Of a stretch of DNA of 64,000 nucleotides, positions 40,514-52,913 are shown one piece after another (position 1 is the stretch's first letter; each line of letters begins with the position of its first letter). The stretch comes from Candidatus Latescibacterota bacterium (GTDB taxonomy: Bacteria > Latescibacterota > UBA2968 > UBA8231): contig CBDAOB010000004.1 of the NCBI GenBank assembly GCA_965197905.1, positions 1,312,001 to 1,376,000 of the forward strand, in the 5' to 3' direction. The notes under the pieces were generated by a model. That model worked only from the letters and a program-made list of their open reading frames with translations, ran no database searches and was not told the DNA's origin. The position numbers were made by a program, and so were the translations under genes.

Positions 40514-41834
40514 TCAAACGACCGACTGCTTTCTCAGCGCCAGCCGGGACTCAGATGCCAGAGTGGACTCATCTCTACTACTGTCTTCCCGATTGAAATC
40601 CTTGGCATTATCGCCCCACGAGCCCCATTTCAATCCAGTCCCCACTCGTATCGTATTGAAGAAAAAGCTCAACCCCCGGCGCCACGAGAATCCAAACCAT
40701 TTGAACTCCTGGTAAAAATTAAGAAGCGTGCAGACCATCAGGAGAGGTCGGACCTTCTTTTTCTTTTTGACCAAGTGCGTATACAGGGGCCTAAGGGATG
40801 GGAAGAATTCCAGAAGTACAGAATATTGTGTTACCAGAAGGAACTCCTCATCATATTCTGTAATCATGTAGTTCGTATTTGCACCCTCGATCTCATCCTC
40901 ATCGAAATCCTTCCGAATGAAGCCGTGCTCCTGACCATAATCCGTGATTGGCAGATTCGGTATCGGAGTCAAACGCCCCAATCGCATTCTCTTCGGCTTG
41001 ATCCGTACGTTGAGATCGACGGTCGCGATTGCGTCGTCGATGGTCTCACCGGGAAGATTGACGATGCTGGTCGTGAGGAAGGGCAAACCTATCTTGTGCA
41101 GGTACGCCGTTGTATCGATAATGCTTTCGTCAGTCAGGCTCTTGGCCAAGAGCTTGTTTCGCATCTCCTCATCTGCAGACTCGAGTCCCAATTGAACCCC
41201 TCCACAGCCCGCTTCCTTCAGCAGATCGAAGCGCTGTTTTGTGGTGTCCAAGCGAGCGTTGCAGATGAATGGTACGTCTATTTCCTTTCTGTAGCGGTCC
41301 GAAAACTCCTCCAGCCACTTTATATTGAACGGAAAGATGTCATCATGAAAGTGAACCACCCTCAAGGGATATCTCTCCTTCACATGTAGAACCTCGGCAA
41401 TCACCCGGTCAACGCTGTGCCTCCGCAGGATTTCCTTCCTTCCGAGGTATTTGCCGAGAAAAGCTGGAATGGAACAGAACGCGCAGAAATACGGACAACC
41501 TCTTCCCGACAGGAATCGCTTCAGATCCATGTTTCTCAGAAATGGATACTTGTAGTAGATCTCCCGGTCAGGGAACGGCAGAGAGTCGACATCTGTTGTG
41601 ATCGTCTGCTTTTCGTTCTTGATGATATGCCCATCTTCTCGCCATATCAGATTCGGAATCTCGCCGAACCGTGGCACATCCTTCTCCAACTCTTCAAGCA
41701 GGTCGCACAACTGGTAGTCGATTTCACCATGCATGGCAAAATCAATGTGGCTGTGCTTCAGCATGTTTTCAGGGAACTCGGTCACATGAGGTCCGCCGAC
41801 GATTACGGGCAAATCCACCTGGCTTTTTATGTTC
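40514..41834 (-). CDS. B12-binding radical SAM protein, N-terminus missing
   Basis: IVGGPHVT, LPFPDR, GRGCPYFCAFC, FHDDIF, GLES. Confidence 0.85.
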
Positions 41835-42203
41835 TCCAGTACCGGTGATTCTGATGAGAGGCTTGGGATCAGTGTGTAGATGGACTTCGTCGATGATTTT
41901 TCTCATCAATTCTTCGCTGATCCAGGGTGTCCCATCCCGGGATCGCAAGACCTGATCGGCATTGAACCAACAATGCGTGCAGGATGAATTGCAGACATTT
42001 GAGACCTGAGGCAGAATCATCAACGGGAATCTCTCTGCCCCTTCCTTCAGGTCGAACTGGTTGGGAAGATGTTCCTCGTACTTCTCCAGACCTTCGTCTT
42101 CTCCCTCTCTCATACGTCTGTTTTCAGAGAGAACCATCCCGGGATCGACGGTATTTGCATCCAATTCTTTGAGGCCGCTCTTCGTTTTTTCTTCGGTAAG
42201 CAT
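41835..42203 (-). pseudogene. Radical SAM protein, N-terminal fragment
   Basis: CNSSCTHC; breaks at ITGTGE. Confidence 0.75.
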
Positions 42204-42303
42204 CTTATCCTCGCTTGTCTAGCGCAGACCAGAGGAACTTCGCAACCAGTCCGACACAGAACCGTACGTGACCTCTCACCTCATCCTACAACGACAGTCG
42301 CTC

Positions 42304-43089
42304 TCAGGCGCTTGCTTCGAATGACAGGTACCCCATCGGCAGAGGGAGAAACTGCTCTTCTTGATTCATTCTAAAGAGATCAAGCATCCTTGATACGTTC
42401 TCATCCCCGATCTCTTCCCATTTCGCTTGTCCCACCCAATATCTAACCACTTTCTTTCCAAGATCTGTAAACTCACTGCCGACTACAAACTCTGCAAACG
42501 GTCTCCGAAAAGGGATATGCCCAAATTTGTGCAGCTTACCTTTCTCGATGGCCCACTTGGACAGTGACTCAGCAGTCAGGTCCAACCCATCCACTCTGTC
42601 CCCGAGCCCGGCCAGACTAGGCAAAATGCTTTGCCTTGAATTCAACAAGATGAAGAGTCTGCCTCCTGGGTCCAAAGCCCCCAAAGCCTTATCCAGGTTT
42701 GATTCACTGTGGCCGTGAGAATACCAAGAGTGGATCGAAAGCACCAAATTGTAGGAGCTCAAATAGTCGTAGGCCAGGAATTCACCCTGATGTGAGTCTA
42801 TCACCGAGAGCGTTAACTTCTGGTCATAAACAACCTTCTTCACAGCTACATTTTGGTTGAAGGAGGGTTCGATGAAACCGAGATTTGCGCCCATCTCCTC
42901 TACCAGCTTCAGTGCGAGCCGTCCGCATTCCCCTCCGAGAAATAGGACCTTCGGAGTCTCCCCGAGATCCTGCAGAGCTTCATGTTGCTGCAACTGCTCG
43001 TAAACCCATGCGGGTTGAGCCAGCAGGTTCCGGTTTACGCCAAAGAGATCGATGTCCTCATCGATGAATCGACTCAGATTGAGACCCAT
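42304..43089 (-). CDS. Class I SAM methyltransferase-like protein
   Basis: KVLFLGGECG, FIEPS, YNLVLSIHSWY, LDPGGRL. Confidence 0.6.
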   Translation of the reverse strand: MGLNLSRFIDEDIDLFGVNRNLLAQPAWVYEQLQQHEALQDLGETPKVLFLGGECGRLALKLVEEMGANLGFIEPSFNQNVAVKKVVYDQKLTLSVIDSHQGEFLAYDYLSSYNLVLSIHSWYSHGHSESNLDKALGALDPGGRLFILLNSRQSILPSLAGLGDRVDGLDLTAESLSKWAIEKGKLHKFGHIPFRRPFAEFVVGSEFTDLGKKVVRYWVGQAKWEEIGDENVSRMLDLFRMNQEEQFLPLPMGYLSFEASA

Positions 43090-43104
43090 TCAGAGCTCCT
43101 GTTT

Positions 43105-43134
43105 CCCCTAATATATGCGCCCCTAATATATGCG
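43105..43134. repeat. Perfect 15-bp tandem duplication
   Basis: CCCCTAATATATGCG x2, just upstream of the RBS of 42304..43089. Confidence 0.85.
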
Positions 43135-43310
43135 CCGCGGGAACTTGCGCGACTTATATGAGACCAGCCGCTGCATGAAAACGACCGCGCGTGGGCACAC
43201 GCCTGTCCCGGCGCACTGTAGCGCCCGAACTGACCCTCTCTGTCATTATCGGCCACGACCAGAAAAAGCTTGACCGGGAACGCACCCCCTGTGCTCGCAT
43301 ATGGCAGCGA

Positions 43311-44700
43311 CTAGGACTCGAGAATGCAGCGATCGACATCTCGGATGCTCTCAAAGCCCATTTCCATCGCATGATGCATATTCACGTAATTGAAGTCCCC
43401 ATTCCTGCCGGTGCTACAGATGTTCGCAAGGCCTTCTACATAGGAGTGAATGGTCTCAACGTGCCTTTGAAAGCCCGTAAGGTAGAGGGGATATGCGAAT
43501 CTCCAGGAGTACGGGTGCACTTCGGCCACTTCGCCCCGCTTGAACAGGCCTTCCGTCACCATATCCTCTACCACCGTACGGCAGAAGGACTCCTCTCCCT
43601 GATAGGCTTGATCGCCGTACTCGCAGACGGTCTCGGCAATCACGCTGGTCTGATGCTCAGGCGTGACCCGCAAGCCGTGGTTCTTGGGCTCCGACAAGCG
43701 GTTGAAGCGATAGTTCTGGTAGTAGGTGAAGTAGGCAGATCGCACCTGCGGCTTGTCTATCAGTAATCCCACGAGGGCGATAGCGCGGTATCTGAGTGAT
43801 TGGCCTGCATTCAGTACTTCCAGCGGGGCATCCCTGGCCATGCATTCAACCAGGATCGGCAGCGGGATCGTAGAAACGACGTAGTCGGGCTCGCGTTCGA
43901 GTACCTCTCCATTGCACTCCAGCTTCACCGCACGGATCTGCCCGCCTTCCACACGCATTTGCTTGACCTCGGTGTTTAGCAAAACCTCACTCCCAGCATG
44001 CCCAATGACATCCCCGATAGCGGCAAAAATTTCCCCCACCCCACGGCCGGTGTAATAAACTTTCCCAATAACGGTTTCACTGAGAGGATGGGAGTCAACC
44101 AGTTTCGAGAGTCCGAGCTCCTTCAGCACTGTCTTCACGACGCTGAAGACATCTGATCGCGGAATCCGTTGCGATCCAAACGCTTCATCAAGCTCAGCGC
44201 ACGTAACGCCCCAAACCTTGTGTGAGTAGTCCTTGAAGAAGACCTCGTAAAGGGTGCGACCGAACTTCTGGATCAAGTACTCCTCGGCATTTCGCGGCTT
44301 GCTGCGCAGTATGCAGTCGTGCAATAGGACAGACTTCGCAAAACTCATGCCGGCCTTCATTGCCAACGAAGCAGGCAGATTGGCGAACAGGTTCAATCCT
44401 TTGAGCGGATAAGCGAAATACTGTCCCCGGAACTTGATCTCAATTTTGCCGTCTCGCTCATGTTCGAGCAGCCCGGGGCCCAAGAGGCCCTTGACGCGGT
44501 CGAACAGCCAGGGCTTGTCTGTGTGAAAGACATGCGTGCCGTACTCGTAGATGTTGTCTCCGAACGACTTGTGTCCAGCAATGCCCCCAAGTCTGGTCCT
44601 TTTCAACCAAGGTTACATCATACCCTGCTCCGACGGCTTCCCATGCTGCAGCGCATCCACAGGGGCCGCCTCCAAGAACAAGCACACGTCCCTTACTCAT
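43311..44700 (-). CDS. FAD-dependent oxidoreductase (HemY/UDP-galactopyranose mutase-like); frameshift near 44590
   Basis: VLGGGPCG...LVEK in one frame; LGGIA..EYGTHVFHT..AYPLY..GRNG.F.Y.NMHH in the next. Confidence 0.78.
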
Positions 44701-44767
44701 CTATATCCTCGACTCGCACTTTGAGCGTTTACTCTAGGGAAGGTTTCGGCAACGTGGTGTTAGCAAA

Positions 44768-45550
44768 TCATGTACCGACTCCGCGATATTCCCCTTTCTC
44801 ACTAAACGGACACTTGCTTGTCGAGAGAAGGACCTCGGTCGCGTCGGGACCACGGTTAAACAGAAGATCAACAAAGGCCATATTGGGTTCAAAGCCCTTG
44901 TGCATCTGGGGGTAAACCGGATGTTGATAGTCCTGCCAAGCGAGCTGGATGCCGTTTTCCGAAAGCATCTCCACCTCTAAATATGGCTGGGCACCGTTCG
45001 TCGAGATGTACGCATCGGCTCCCAGGCTCTCACAGATACCGACGATCCGCTCGGTCTTGTGGCCTCCCGCGCTGAGAGAGGACGACAGAATCACTTCCGT
45101 GGCGATATCCAGCCAGTCGCGTGCAGCGCCAATGATCTCCAAGTTCAGATCTATCAAGAAGTTCCAGTCCTGTCCATACAGATCATCGAAGAACGGAAAG
45201 AACATCTCGAAGTATTGTGACTTCTGATAATGCTGCCGAATCGAGGCCAGATGCTTGCGGCGCCAGTTCTGCCTGTTGTCGATCTCAACGTCCCGGATCA
45301 CCTGACCAAAACGTCCCTTAGCCAGAACAGGTACGGTCAGCCAAATCGGTCCCTGAAAACCACGTATCCGATTCCGATTGCGCCACGAGTTCTTGTCGAA
45401 TTGGACATCATCGTACAATACGAACTGGTCACTTCTCGTCATGAGTTCGAAAAACCCTAGATAGGGGACGTACCCAGGCTGGAGAATCGATACAACCTTG
45501 CGGGGCAAGAGCGACGACGCCTTCTCGCTCATTCCTGTCGCTACCGTCAT
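44768..45550 (-). CDS. WbqC family protein
   Basis: ILQPGYVPYLGFF, FVLYDDVQF...WRNRNRI, WLTVPV, DLLFN.G. Confidence 0.88.
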   Translation of the reverse strand: MTVATGMSEKASSLLPRKVVSILQPGYVPYLGFFELMTRSDQFVLYDDVQFDKNSWRNRNRIRGFQGPIWLTVPVLAKGRFGQVIRDVEIDNRQNWRRKHLASIRQHYQKSQYFEMFFPFFDDLYGQDWNFLIDLNLEIIGAARDWLDIATEVILSSSLSAGGHKTERIVGICESLGADAYISTNGAQPYLEVEMLSENGIQLAWQDYQHPVYPQMHKGFEPNMAFVDLLFNRGPDATEVLLSTSKCPFSEKGEYRGVGT

Positions 45551-46467
45551 TTTGGTGAGACGATCTCGGGTGTTGTCAACACAGAGCAACTCCGCGAAAG
45601 AGCAGGGAAAATCCCCGTCAGAATTACCTCTCCACCATCCCCGCAACAGACGCGTGCCTCATGCCCGGCTTCGGTGAGCAAGAGCACACAACCCGGCTCT
45701 CTGGCGCCCGTGGACTCTTCGGCCATTCGACTTGACTGAACTGTATGATGTTGGCCGTTTGCAGAGAGAGATGCCAGTGGGCGGGGACAGAGACCTCGGA
45801 CCTTGTCGTGGACGACTCGAGCGGGTTGCGACCAATCCAGTCGACGATCCTCCGCGCAAATCCGCGGCGCGAAAGTCGCCTTGGTCTCCTCCTGAACGGT
45901 TCCGCAGAAGTCCGCTGTTTCCGTACGCATGCACAAGTGATCCAGCGCGGCGCCGGCCAAACCCACCAGTGACTCCTGCACGTCACCGAAGGTTTCGTTA
46001 TTGCCGATCGAAACGGTATTCTGCCAGAGTATGTCACCCTCGTCAAAACGATCGCTGAGCAGATGTAGGGTGAGGCCCGTACGGGACTCGCCGTTGATCA
46101 CGGGCCAATGGATCGGCATGGCACCCCGATATTTCGGCAAGAGCGAAGGATGGAGATTCACTGAGGCGAGGCGGCTTGCACCGATTACTGGTGGGGGGAT
46201 CCTCGCGTGGTAGAACCCCACTATGATCAGATCCGGCTCCAGGGCACGGATCAGCGCCTGCAAGGCTGAATCCGTAATGGGCGCATGGCTCCACGGCACC
46301 GCTGCGTCTTCCGCAATCCGCGATGGCAACCAGTCGCTTTGGTATGACTCTTCTCGTGTTACGACCAGGCGGACGTCGAAACGAGGGAGGGCCGCCTGCA
46401 GGATCTGGCCACCAGGATCCGTAATCGAAACACACACAGCGGTAGGTTTCCTGGCCATCTGCGCCAC
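45547..46467 (-). CDS. Formyltransferase (Fmt/ArnA-formyltransferase-like)
   Basis: NLHPSLLPKYRG..PI.W..INGE..TG.T.H...FDEGDI. Confidence 0.85.
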   Translation of the reverse strand: MAQMARKPTAVCVSITDPGGQILQAALPRFDVRLVVTREESYQSDWLPSRIAEDAAVPWSHAPITDSALQALIRALEPDLIIVGFYHARIPPPVIGASRLASVNLHPSLLPKYRGAMPIHWPVINGESRTGLTLHLLSDRFDEGDILWQNTVSIGNNETFGDVQESLVGLAGAALDHLCMRTETADFCGTVQEETKATFAPRICAEDRRLDWSQPARVVHDKVRGLCPRPLASLSANGQHHTVQSSRMAEESTGAREPGCVLLLTEAGHEARVCCGDGGEVILTGIFPALSRSCSVLTTPEIVSPK

Positions 46468-46472
46468 CTCAA

Positions 46473-47633
46473 CTATGACGGGCTCGAAGTGTTGCAGGCC
46501 AACAGCTCACGTGTAGCAGCAACGACGCGCCGAAGCTCCTCTTCGATCATGTCGGGATAAAGCGGCAAAGACAGTATCCGATCCGCGATATGCTCCTACA
46601 CTGGAAGGCAGCAATCGGGGGCGATACGACGGTAGTAGCTCAATCGATGCGCGGCGAGAAAGTGAAGCCCCGTCATTACACCGTGCTCCCGCAGGCCAAG
46701 GATCAGCTCCTCGCGAGTGAGCCGGGCTTCATCATTGAGCTGGATGGCGAAAAGATGCCAAGAGTGCTCTTCGGGACGTGGTCCGCAAGCGGGAAGATCG
46801 ATCCCTCGCACATCGCGCAATTCCTCGAGGTAACACTCTCCGATTCGACGACGTCTATCGTTGATGACCTCAAGCTTGGACAGTTGGACACGTCCGATGG
46901 CTCCCAGCACATCCGGAAGATTCCATTTAAGCGCTGGCTCCACAACGTCGTAGTGGGGCAGCGACTCGTCTCGGTACCGCTCCCAGGCGTCACGCTGTAT
47001 CCCGTGAAAACGCAAGCGCTCTATGCGCACGGCGAGCTCGGAGTCGCGGACCGTGATCATTCCCCCCTCGGCCGTGGTCATGTTCTTGATTGGATGAAAA
47101 CTGAACACCGCAGCATCTCCGTGCGGTTTGCCGATAAGGTTACCCTTGTAACGCGTGCCAGCAGCATGGGCGGCGTCCTCGATCAGGAGCAGGTTGTGCG
47201 AACGGCACAAGTCGACAATCGGATCGAGATCACAGGCCAGCCCCGCAAAATGCACCACGCAAACGGCTCGAGTGCGCTTTGTCAGGGCCGCGGCAATAGT
47301 CTCGCGCGTCGCACAGACCGATGCACGGTCCACATCACAGAAGATGGCCCTTGCCCCGCACATTTCGACGGCGTTCGCGGTCGCGGGCCACGTGATGCTC
47401 GGTACTACGACATCGTCACCGGAGCCGATCCCCAAGGCCTTGTAGGTCAGATACAGTCCCGCTGTGGCGGAAGTGACTGCCCACGCTTGGGTTGCGCTCA
47501 CATACGAGGCAAATTCTGCTTCGAACGCCTTGGTTTGGGCGCCCGTGGTGATCCATCCTGAACGCAACACCTCCAGTACGGCCTCTTCTTCCTGCTGATC
47601 GAAACAGATCCGGCCAAGCTGGATCGGTTTCAT
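46473..47633 (-). CDS. DegT/DnrJ/EryC1/StrS sugar aminotransferase (ArnB-like) with in-frame TAG at 46596-46598
   Basis: LRSGWITTG, IEDAAHA, FSFHPIKNMTTAEGG; after the TAG the frame continues EHIADRILSLPLYPDM. Confidence 0.88.
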
Positions 47634-47636
47634 TCT

Positions 47637-48695
47637 CTACCCGGCTCTCTTTGCCTGGAATCCAGACACGTTTTTGCCAGGAGATCGCATACGGTCATAT
47701 GACAACACAGCGTCAACGGACGGGAGCGAATCCCGGTGGCTCACGAACCACTCCAGGGTTCTCCTGACACCTTCTTCGTCATCGATCTTAGGGGAATATT
47801 CGAGGATCCGACGCGCCTTGCTGATATCGGGAACACGTCTCGGGATGTCTTCGTAACTGAGTCCGTACATCTCTTCCTCATTGATGTACTCGATTTCACC
47901 CTTGCCATGGAGCCGAATGAGAAGCTCAGCCAGGCTCTTGATCGATGTCTCCGCATCTCTGCCGATATTGATCACCTCGCCCTCTGCCTCAGGCACTTGA
48001 CCCGAAGCGATGATTCCATCGACCACATCGTCCACATACGTAAAGCACCTGATCTGCTCACCCGATCCAACCACAGTCAACGGCTTCCCGGCCAGGAGTT
48101 GACCGATGAAGATCGATAGCACACGTCCGGACTCAAGGGAGTCGAGACGGGGTCCATAGGCGTTGAAGAAGCGCAGAGCAACAACACGCAATCCTTTCTT
48201 GGCGAGCGCGAACGCATAGTGTTCACCGATCGCTTTTGAAGTCGAGTAACTCCAGCGATCGATCGACGTCGGCCCCAGCACTCGGTCGCCGTCCTCTCGA
48301 AACGGCACATCCGTTGACCTGCCGTAAACCTCACTGGTTGAGGCAAACACGACCTTGCGACCGTATTTCAAGGCTAGGTCGAACACGAGTTGCGTTCCGT
48401 TTACATTGACGTTGATCACTTCACAGGGATTCGTCACATAATGGTCAACGCCAACCACCGCAGCGAAGTGGTAGCACAGATCGCACTCCCAGATGAGCTT
48501 GTCCATTATGTCCTTGTCCAGCACGCTTCCCCGATACAGGGTAAACCCGGGGCGCTCAAGCAGATGGCCTATCTTGTGTTCGTTCTGGTCCGAAACGACG
48601 TCCAGACAGGACACGCTGTCGCCTCGATCCAGATGCCGCTCCGCGATGTGCGATCCCAGGAAGCCTGCGCCACCTGTGATAAGGATTCGTTTCAT
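47637..48695 (-). CDS. NAD-dependent nucleotide-sugar epimerase/decarboxylase (ArnA C-domain/UXS-like)
   Basis: TGGAGFLG, ASTSEVYG, RWSYSTSK, RFFNAYGPR, RCFTYVDD, RRVPD. Confidence 0.88.
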   Translation of the reverse strand: MKRILITGGAGFLGSHIAERHLDRGDSVSCLDVVSDQNEHKIGHLLERPGFTLYRGSVLDKDIMDKLIWECDLCYHFAAVVGVDHYVTNPCEVINVNVNGTQLVFDLALKYGRKVVFASTSEVYGRSTDVPFREDGDRVLGPTSIDRWSYSTSKAIGEHYAFALAKKGLRVVALRFFNAYGPRLDSLESGRVLSIFIGQLLAGKPLTVVGSGEQIRCFTYVDDVVDGIIASGQVPEAEGEVINIGRDAETSIKSLAELLIRLHGKGEIEYINEEEMYGLSYEDIPRRVPDISKARRILEYSPKIDDEEGVRRTLEWFVSHRDSLPSVDAVLSYDRMRSPGKNVSGFQAKRAG

Positions 48696-48697
48696 TG

Positions 48698-50280
48698 TCA
48701 GTCCTCCATCAAGTTGGGTTTGAGACCGCCACGGCCATCGACCAAGGAACGATCAGGGTACCCGATTGGCACCAAACGATCCGTATCGGCTTCTTCGCTT
48801 GCCCGACGACCTCCCAGTCTACCAGCATCTCCTCTCAGCACGTAGGTCCACTGCAAGAAAACCAGCACAGCCAACCAACTCGTCGAGAAGAGCACTGCGA
48901 CGCCAACATAGCGACGCGCTATGGACTCTATCGGCGCGATTTGCGCCATCGTGCACAGAAAGAATCCGACGGCAACAACGCCCAGTAGCAGGATGGTCTC
49001 GTTGCCCATTATGTGTCGGCAAACTCCCGACCACGAATGGCGTCGCCGACGTGCCATGTATCCGATGGGCAGCAGGGACGCCAGCGCAGTGAGAGTTAGT
49101 GCACGCAGCACCCCGCTTTCTTCGTTGAGCAGGGCTGCAGCGGGGAACAGGATCAGGACACTGAGGACCTGATGGTGGAGGTACTCCACCGGGTGGTTCC
49201 AGACTAGGCTCGTGGTAAGGTCTCGGAACGCCCCATGCATTTCAGATTCTGGAGCGCCGGGGGCGATAGACGTCCAGGCTGCTTTCGCCGCAACCATGTT
49301 CCCGCTCCGCCTCGAACCCCAGACGCGGTGCAGGCTATAGCGGTCAATCACTGCCGCCAGCTCTCCCCCCGTCAGCGGAGCAGCGAAGGTACGGAGCTCC
49401 GTTTCCATTTTTTCGCCGCTGATCGGATGTCGGTGCGATGCGACGTAACCATGCTGTTCATGGTGGTCAACGGCCTCCACGATCGCCCGGCCAAGAGGCT
49501 GGATGTGAACAGGTAACTCCTCGACTCGCTCTGCTGACAGGAGATTGATCACGGTTGGGACAACACTCCGCGACACGGGACCACCTTGAGAGGTGTTCGG
49601 CAGGAGCACGGCCATCATACCATGAACGGCAGTGAAGATGCTGGCAGTTAGGAGCAGCAGAATGAGAGACGTTTTCCAGGGTGCAGGGCCAGGCCGCGCA
49701 CCTCGGTCGCGCCAGAGTCCATGGACCAGCACGATCAGGGGAAACAGCCCAAGGAGGAATATGTAGCTGACTCGAGCGGTAGCCGTCAGAACGACAAAAG
49801 CTGCGCACCCTATCCACGGCACCAGCGATTTGGGCTACCGAGCGCCAGGAAGAGGAACGAAATGGCCGTAACGACCAGGCAGACGGCGAGCATGTCAGAG
49901 AGAACTGCACTGTGGTAGTACTGCACCAGACGGGTGAGACAAAGACCGACAGCGGCGGCCAGCCCTTCCCATCCCTTCCCGCCGTAACTGCTGACTGCAA
50001 GACAGAATCCAAGGGCGGACACAAAAAAAGCTGCAACGTGGAAAATGGGCAACCAGGTGAACCGCGGGTCCAGCCAGCTAAACAGAGTGAGAAACGCTGG
50101 CGCTATTAGGGAGCGGCTCCCAAGCACCTCGCGCCAGTTGTCCGCCCGCATGAGATAGCCTGCCGAATCTGGCCAGTACCCGGGCGCATCCACCCCCACC
50201 GACAGCCAATAGGCGAAATAGAACAGCGACAGGCCCAAGCCGAGGCGCACCCGTCTACTGGGTTTTAGAATCCACTGCAT
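48698..50280 (-). CDS. Polytopic membrane protein, GT-C-like; frameshift near 49815
   Basis: WPDSAGY loop and LSDML motif in the 5' ORF; hydrophobic ORF continues in a second frame. Confidence 0.55.
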
Positions 50281-51413
50281 CAGGTTCCAGTCAACTAGTC
50301 AGGCCGCGGACAGGGGACAAGCGGAGGACGATCTATGTTGGGCGCTGCTGTGTCCCCCAACCGTGCGGTAGCTGCCGGGCACGTGTTATCCGGCGATCTG
50401 AGTACCCCGGGCCGGCCGGGACGACAGCACGATCAGGCGGGCGTTTCCCTGCACTCGCACTATTTGTCGCCAAGTGGGCGTCCCACGAATGCCTGCGCCA
50501 AGACCAAGGGTATGCTCTGGCGAGAGCGAGAACCGTGCCATTCTCCAGGCCACTCCCGAACAACGTCAACCAGTGGGTTGAAGTCGCGAATCGTGCATCT
50601 CGTCATTGACACCAGCAGAAGATTCTTCCGTGCCCAGTCTCCTCGGACCCGCCGTGAAGCCGGCGACGTGGCCTGCCGCTCTAGCCGAAGTCATCCCTGA
50701 CTCGAACTGTTGCTCAGAACGTTCCAGTGTGGGTCGGCCAACTGGCTCGGGGACGCCGAACTCCGGGTTTGGGCTGAACAGATCAATTCGTCGGACCATT
50801 CGGTGTACTCGAGCGGCTCGAGAATCACCTTGTCTAGTGACGCAACGATGCCAATTAAATGTAGCATCCAGACACATTTACGCCCAATGATTTTATGCGG
50901 GAATCACGGACATCGACGATCTCTGCTCGGTTCTTCTTCGCGGGGGATGTTCGGCCGTCCTACCTTTGCCAAGCATCGTGTTTCGGGATAGAGGTGCGCG
51001 GCAATCGGTCAAGCTAGGGCGATGGCGGTGGGCGCCGTGGCGCCTGTACGCGGGCGGCTGGCGGCGCCGTACGCGAAGACACGCTGCCCGACTTGGCGCG
51101 CAGCACTGACGGCGATCTACCCCTGGACCAGGTGCCTAATATCTGTTTCCTTGGGCAAGACGGGTGCTGTCCGATCGTCCATGGGCATTCTGCCAGCGAT
51201 CTGTCTCACCTTTGTCTGTGACTCCTCCCGGCTCGAGGTTGTCGCCGCCTCCGCGCCGTGTTTCGAAGTCAAGCAGAGCCGCTATGCCTACCCGATCGAC
51301 GACGGCTCCAAGCGTGGTTGCTGCCTCGAATGTCGGCGCGCACGACCTGATCGACTCGCCGATATGCAATCATATCCTCGCGAGTCGCGAAAAGTGTCGC
51401 TCGACAACATCTG

Positions 51414-52913
51414 GTGTGTAGTTTGAAGACCGATGCCTTGAGCTATCGCCGTCAGATCCAGCTCGTGATTTTTTCGGGGTTGGTTCAGGGGCTTTTCTAT
51501 TTGCGAAACATCCTCTTCTTGCCGCTGTTGACGCGCTGTCTGGGAGTTGAGCTGTTCGGGGTATGGAGTAAAATGCATGCCCTGTCCAACCTGGCTACGC
51601 CACTGCTCGGATTGGGGATCATCGCGGGCTTGAGTCGCCTTTTGCCCTCAACCCCACCCGATCGCCGCGGGCCTCTTTTCTGGAGTGCTGGTTCGGTAGT
51701 AGCCGCAAGCGCTGTGCTGGGGGTCGCTTTGCTTTTGTTGCTCCGGCCGCAACTGGTGGAGCTCCTGTACCAAGCCGCTCCCGCAGCTATCTCAGGCAGC
51801 ATGTTGGCCGCCCTCGGCGGGATAGCACTCACCACAGCGCTCGGCCAGATGGCCGTATCGTACTACCGCCTGCTCGATCGGCCCATTCCGTATGGTTGGG
51901 GAACGGTTATGCAGTTGGTACTGCTCCTGGTCGCGCTGGCGGGTTGCTGGTGGATTATTGGCCGTAGCCTGTGGGTACCTCTATATGCATGGATGATCGG
52001 TCCGGGAATTGTCGTGTTGTACCTGCTGTTCAGAATTCGGCAGGAAACAGCGGTGCGTGCGGATGTCATGGGCTTGAGAGAAATGCTCCGATTTGGTGTC
52101 CCTCTGCTGCCAGCGACATTGGTAATTTGGGTCATCGACTTTGCCGATCGCTACCTCATGACATGGTTGATTCCATCTGATGCTGACGCGATCGTAGGCG
52201 TTTATGGGGCGAACTACGCCTTTGGGGGAATCGTCGTAATGGCCTTTGGACCGTTCTTCCTCTTCTACACTCCCGCGGTCACCAGGCTCTGGGATCGGGG
52301 CGACCTGGCAGAAGTCGGGCATTTGACCCGACAGACCGTGAAATACGCCGTCATCGTCGCCGTACCCATACTGTTTGCCGCACCGCTGCTGGGAGGCAAA
52401 GGAATCCGACTGATCGCCGGCGATCAATTTCAGGCGCACCAAACGGTGATTGGTCTCATCATGCTGGGCTACTTCCTGTACATGCTGGGAGTTTTCGCCC
52501 AAACGCCCCTCCTCATGGAGAAGCGTTCGTGGGCTGTATTTGGGATTACCGGCATCGCTGCAGTAATCAATGTGTGCCTGGGGTATCTGCTGATTCCGTT
52601 GCCACCTCCGTGGGGTCAGATGCAAGGGGCAGCCTTGGCAACTGTATGTAGTTTCACGCTCTTCCTCCTGGCCAATTGCTACGCCACACGAAAGGTGTCG
52701 CTGGGATGGCGTTGCTTGGCGGGAATCGCGGCAATCGCCATGTTGGCTGCTTCGATCGTGGTGGTTTGGACCCCTCGCAGCCCTGTTTCATGGGGAGCAA
52801 GCATCCTCGTGGCCGGCGCATTCTACTGCGCGGGGCTGTTGACCACGGGAATTGTCAGGCGGAGTGAACTGCGGGCGGCGGCAGCAGCCGTACGCGGCTT
52901 GGTGCGGGAGTAG
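51414..52913 (+). CDS. Wzx-type oligosaccharide flippase
   Basis: LPLLTR.LG...FG, MLRFGVPL, ADRY....VGVYGANY, GAALAT. Confidence 0.85.
   Translation: MCSLKTDALSYRRQIQLVIFSGLVQGLFYLRNILFLPLLTRCLGVELFGVWSKMHALSNLATPLLGLGIIAGLSRLLPSTPPDRRGPLFWSAGSVVAASAVLGVALLLLLRPQLVELLYQAAPAAISGSMLAALGGIALTTALGQMAVSYYRLLDRPIPYGWGTVMQLVLLLVALAGCWWIIGRSLWVPLYAWMIGPGIVVLYLLFRIRQETAVRADVMGLREMLRFGVPLLPATLVIWVIDFADRYLMTWLIPSDADAIVGVYGANYAFGGIVVMAFGPFFLFYTPAVTRLWDRGDLAEVGHLTRQTVKYAVIVAVPILFAAPLLGGKGIRLIAGDQFQAHQTVIGLIMLGYFLYMLGVFAQTPLLMEKRSWAVFGITGIAAVINVCLGYLLIPLPPPWGQMQGAALATVCSFTLFLLANCYATRKVSLGWRCLAGIAAIAMLAASIVVVWTPRSPVSWGASILVAGAFYCAGLLTTGIVRRSELRAAAAAVRGLVRE

Noticed and set aside
41769..42203. Programmed frameshift fusing two radical SAM genes
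   Set aside because: Each piece lacks a large part of its domain; this looks like a junction.
50300..51400. Short ORFs between the glycan genes
   Set aside because: No recognisable motifs or consistent coding frame; likewise 16480-17400 and 29800-30200.
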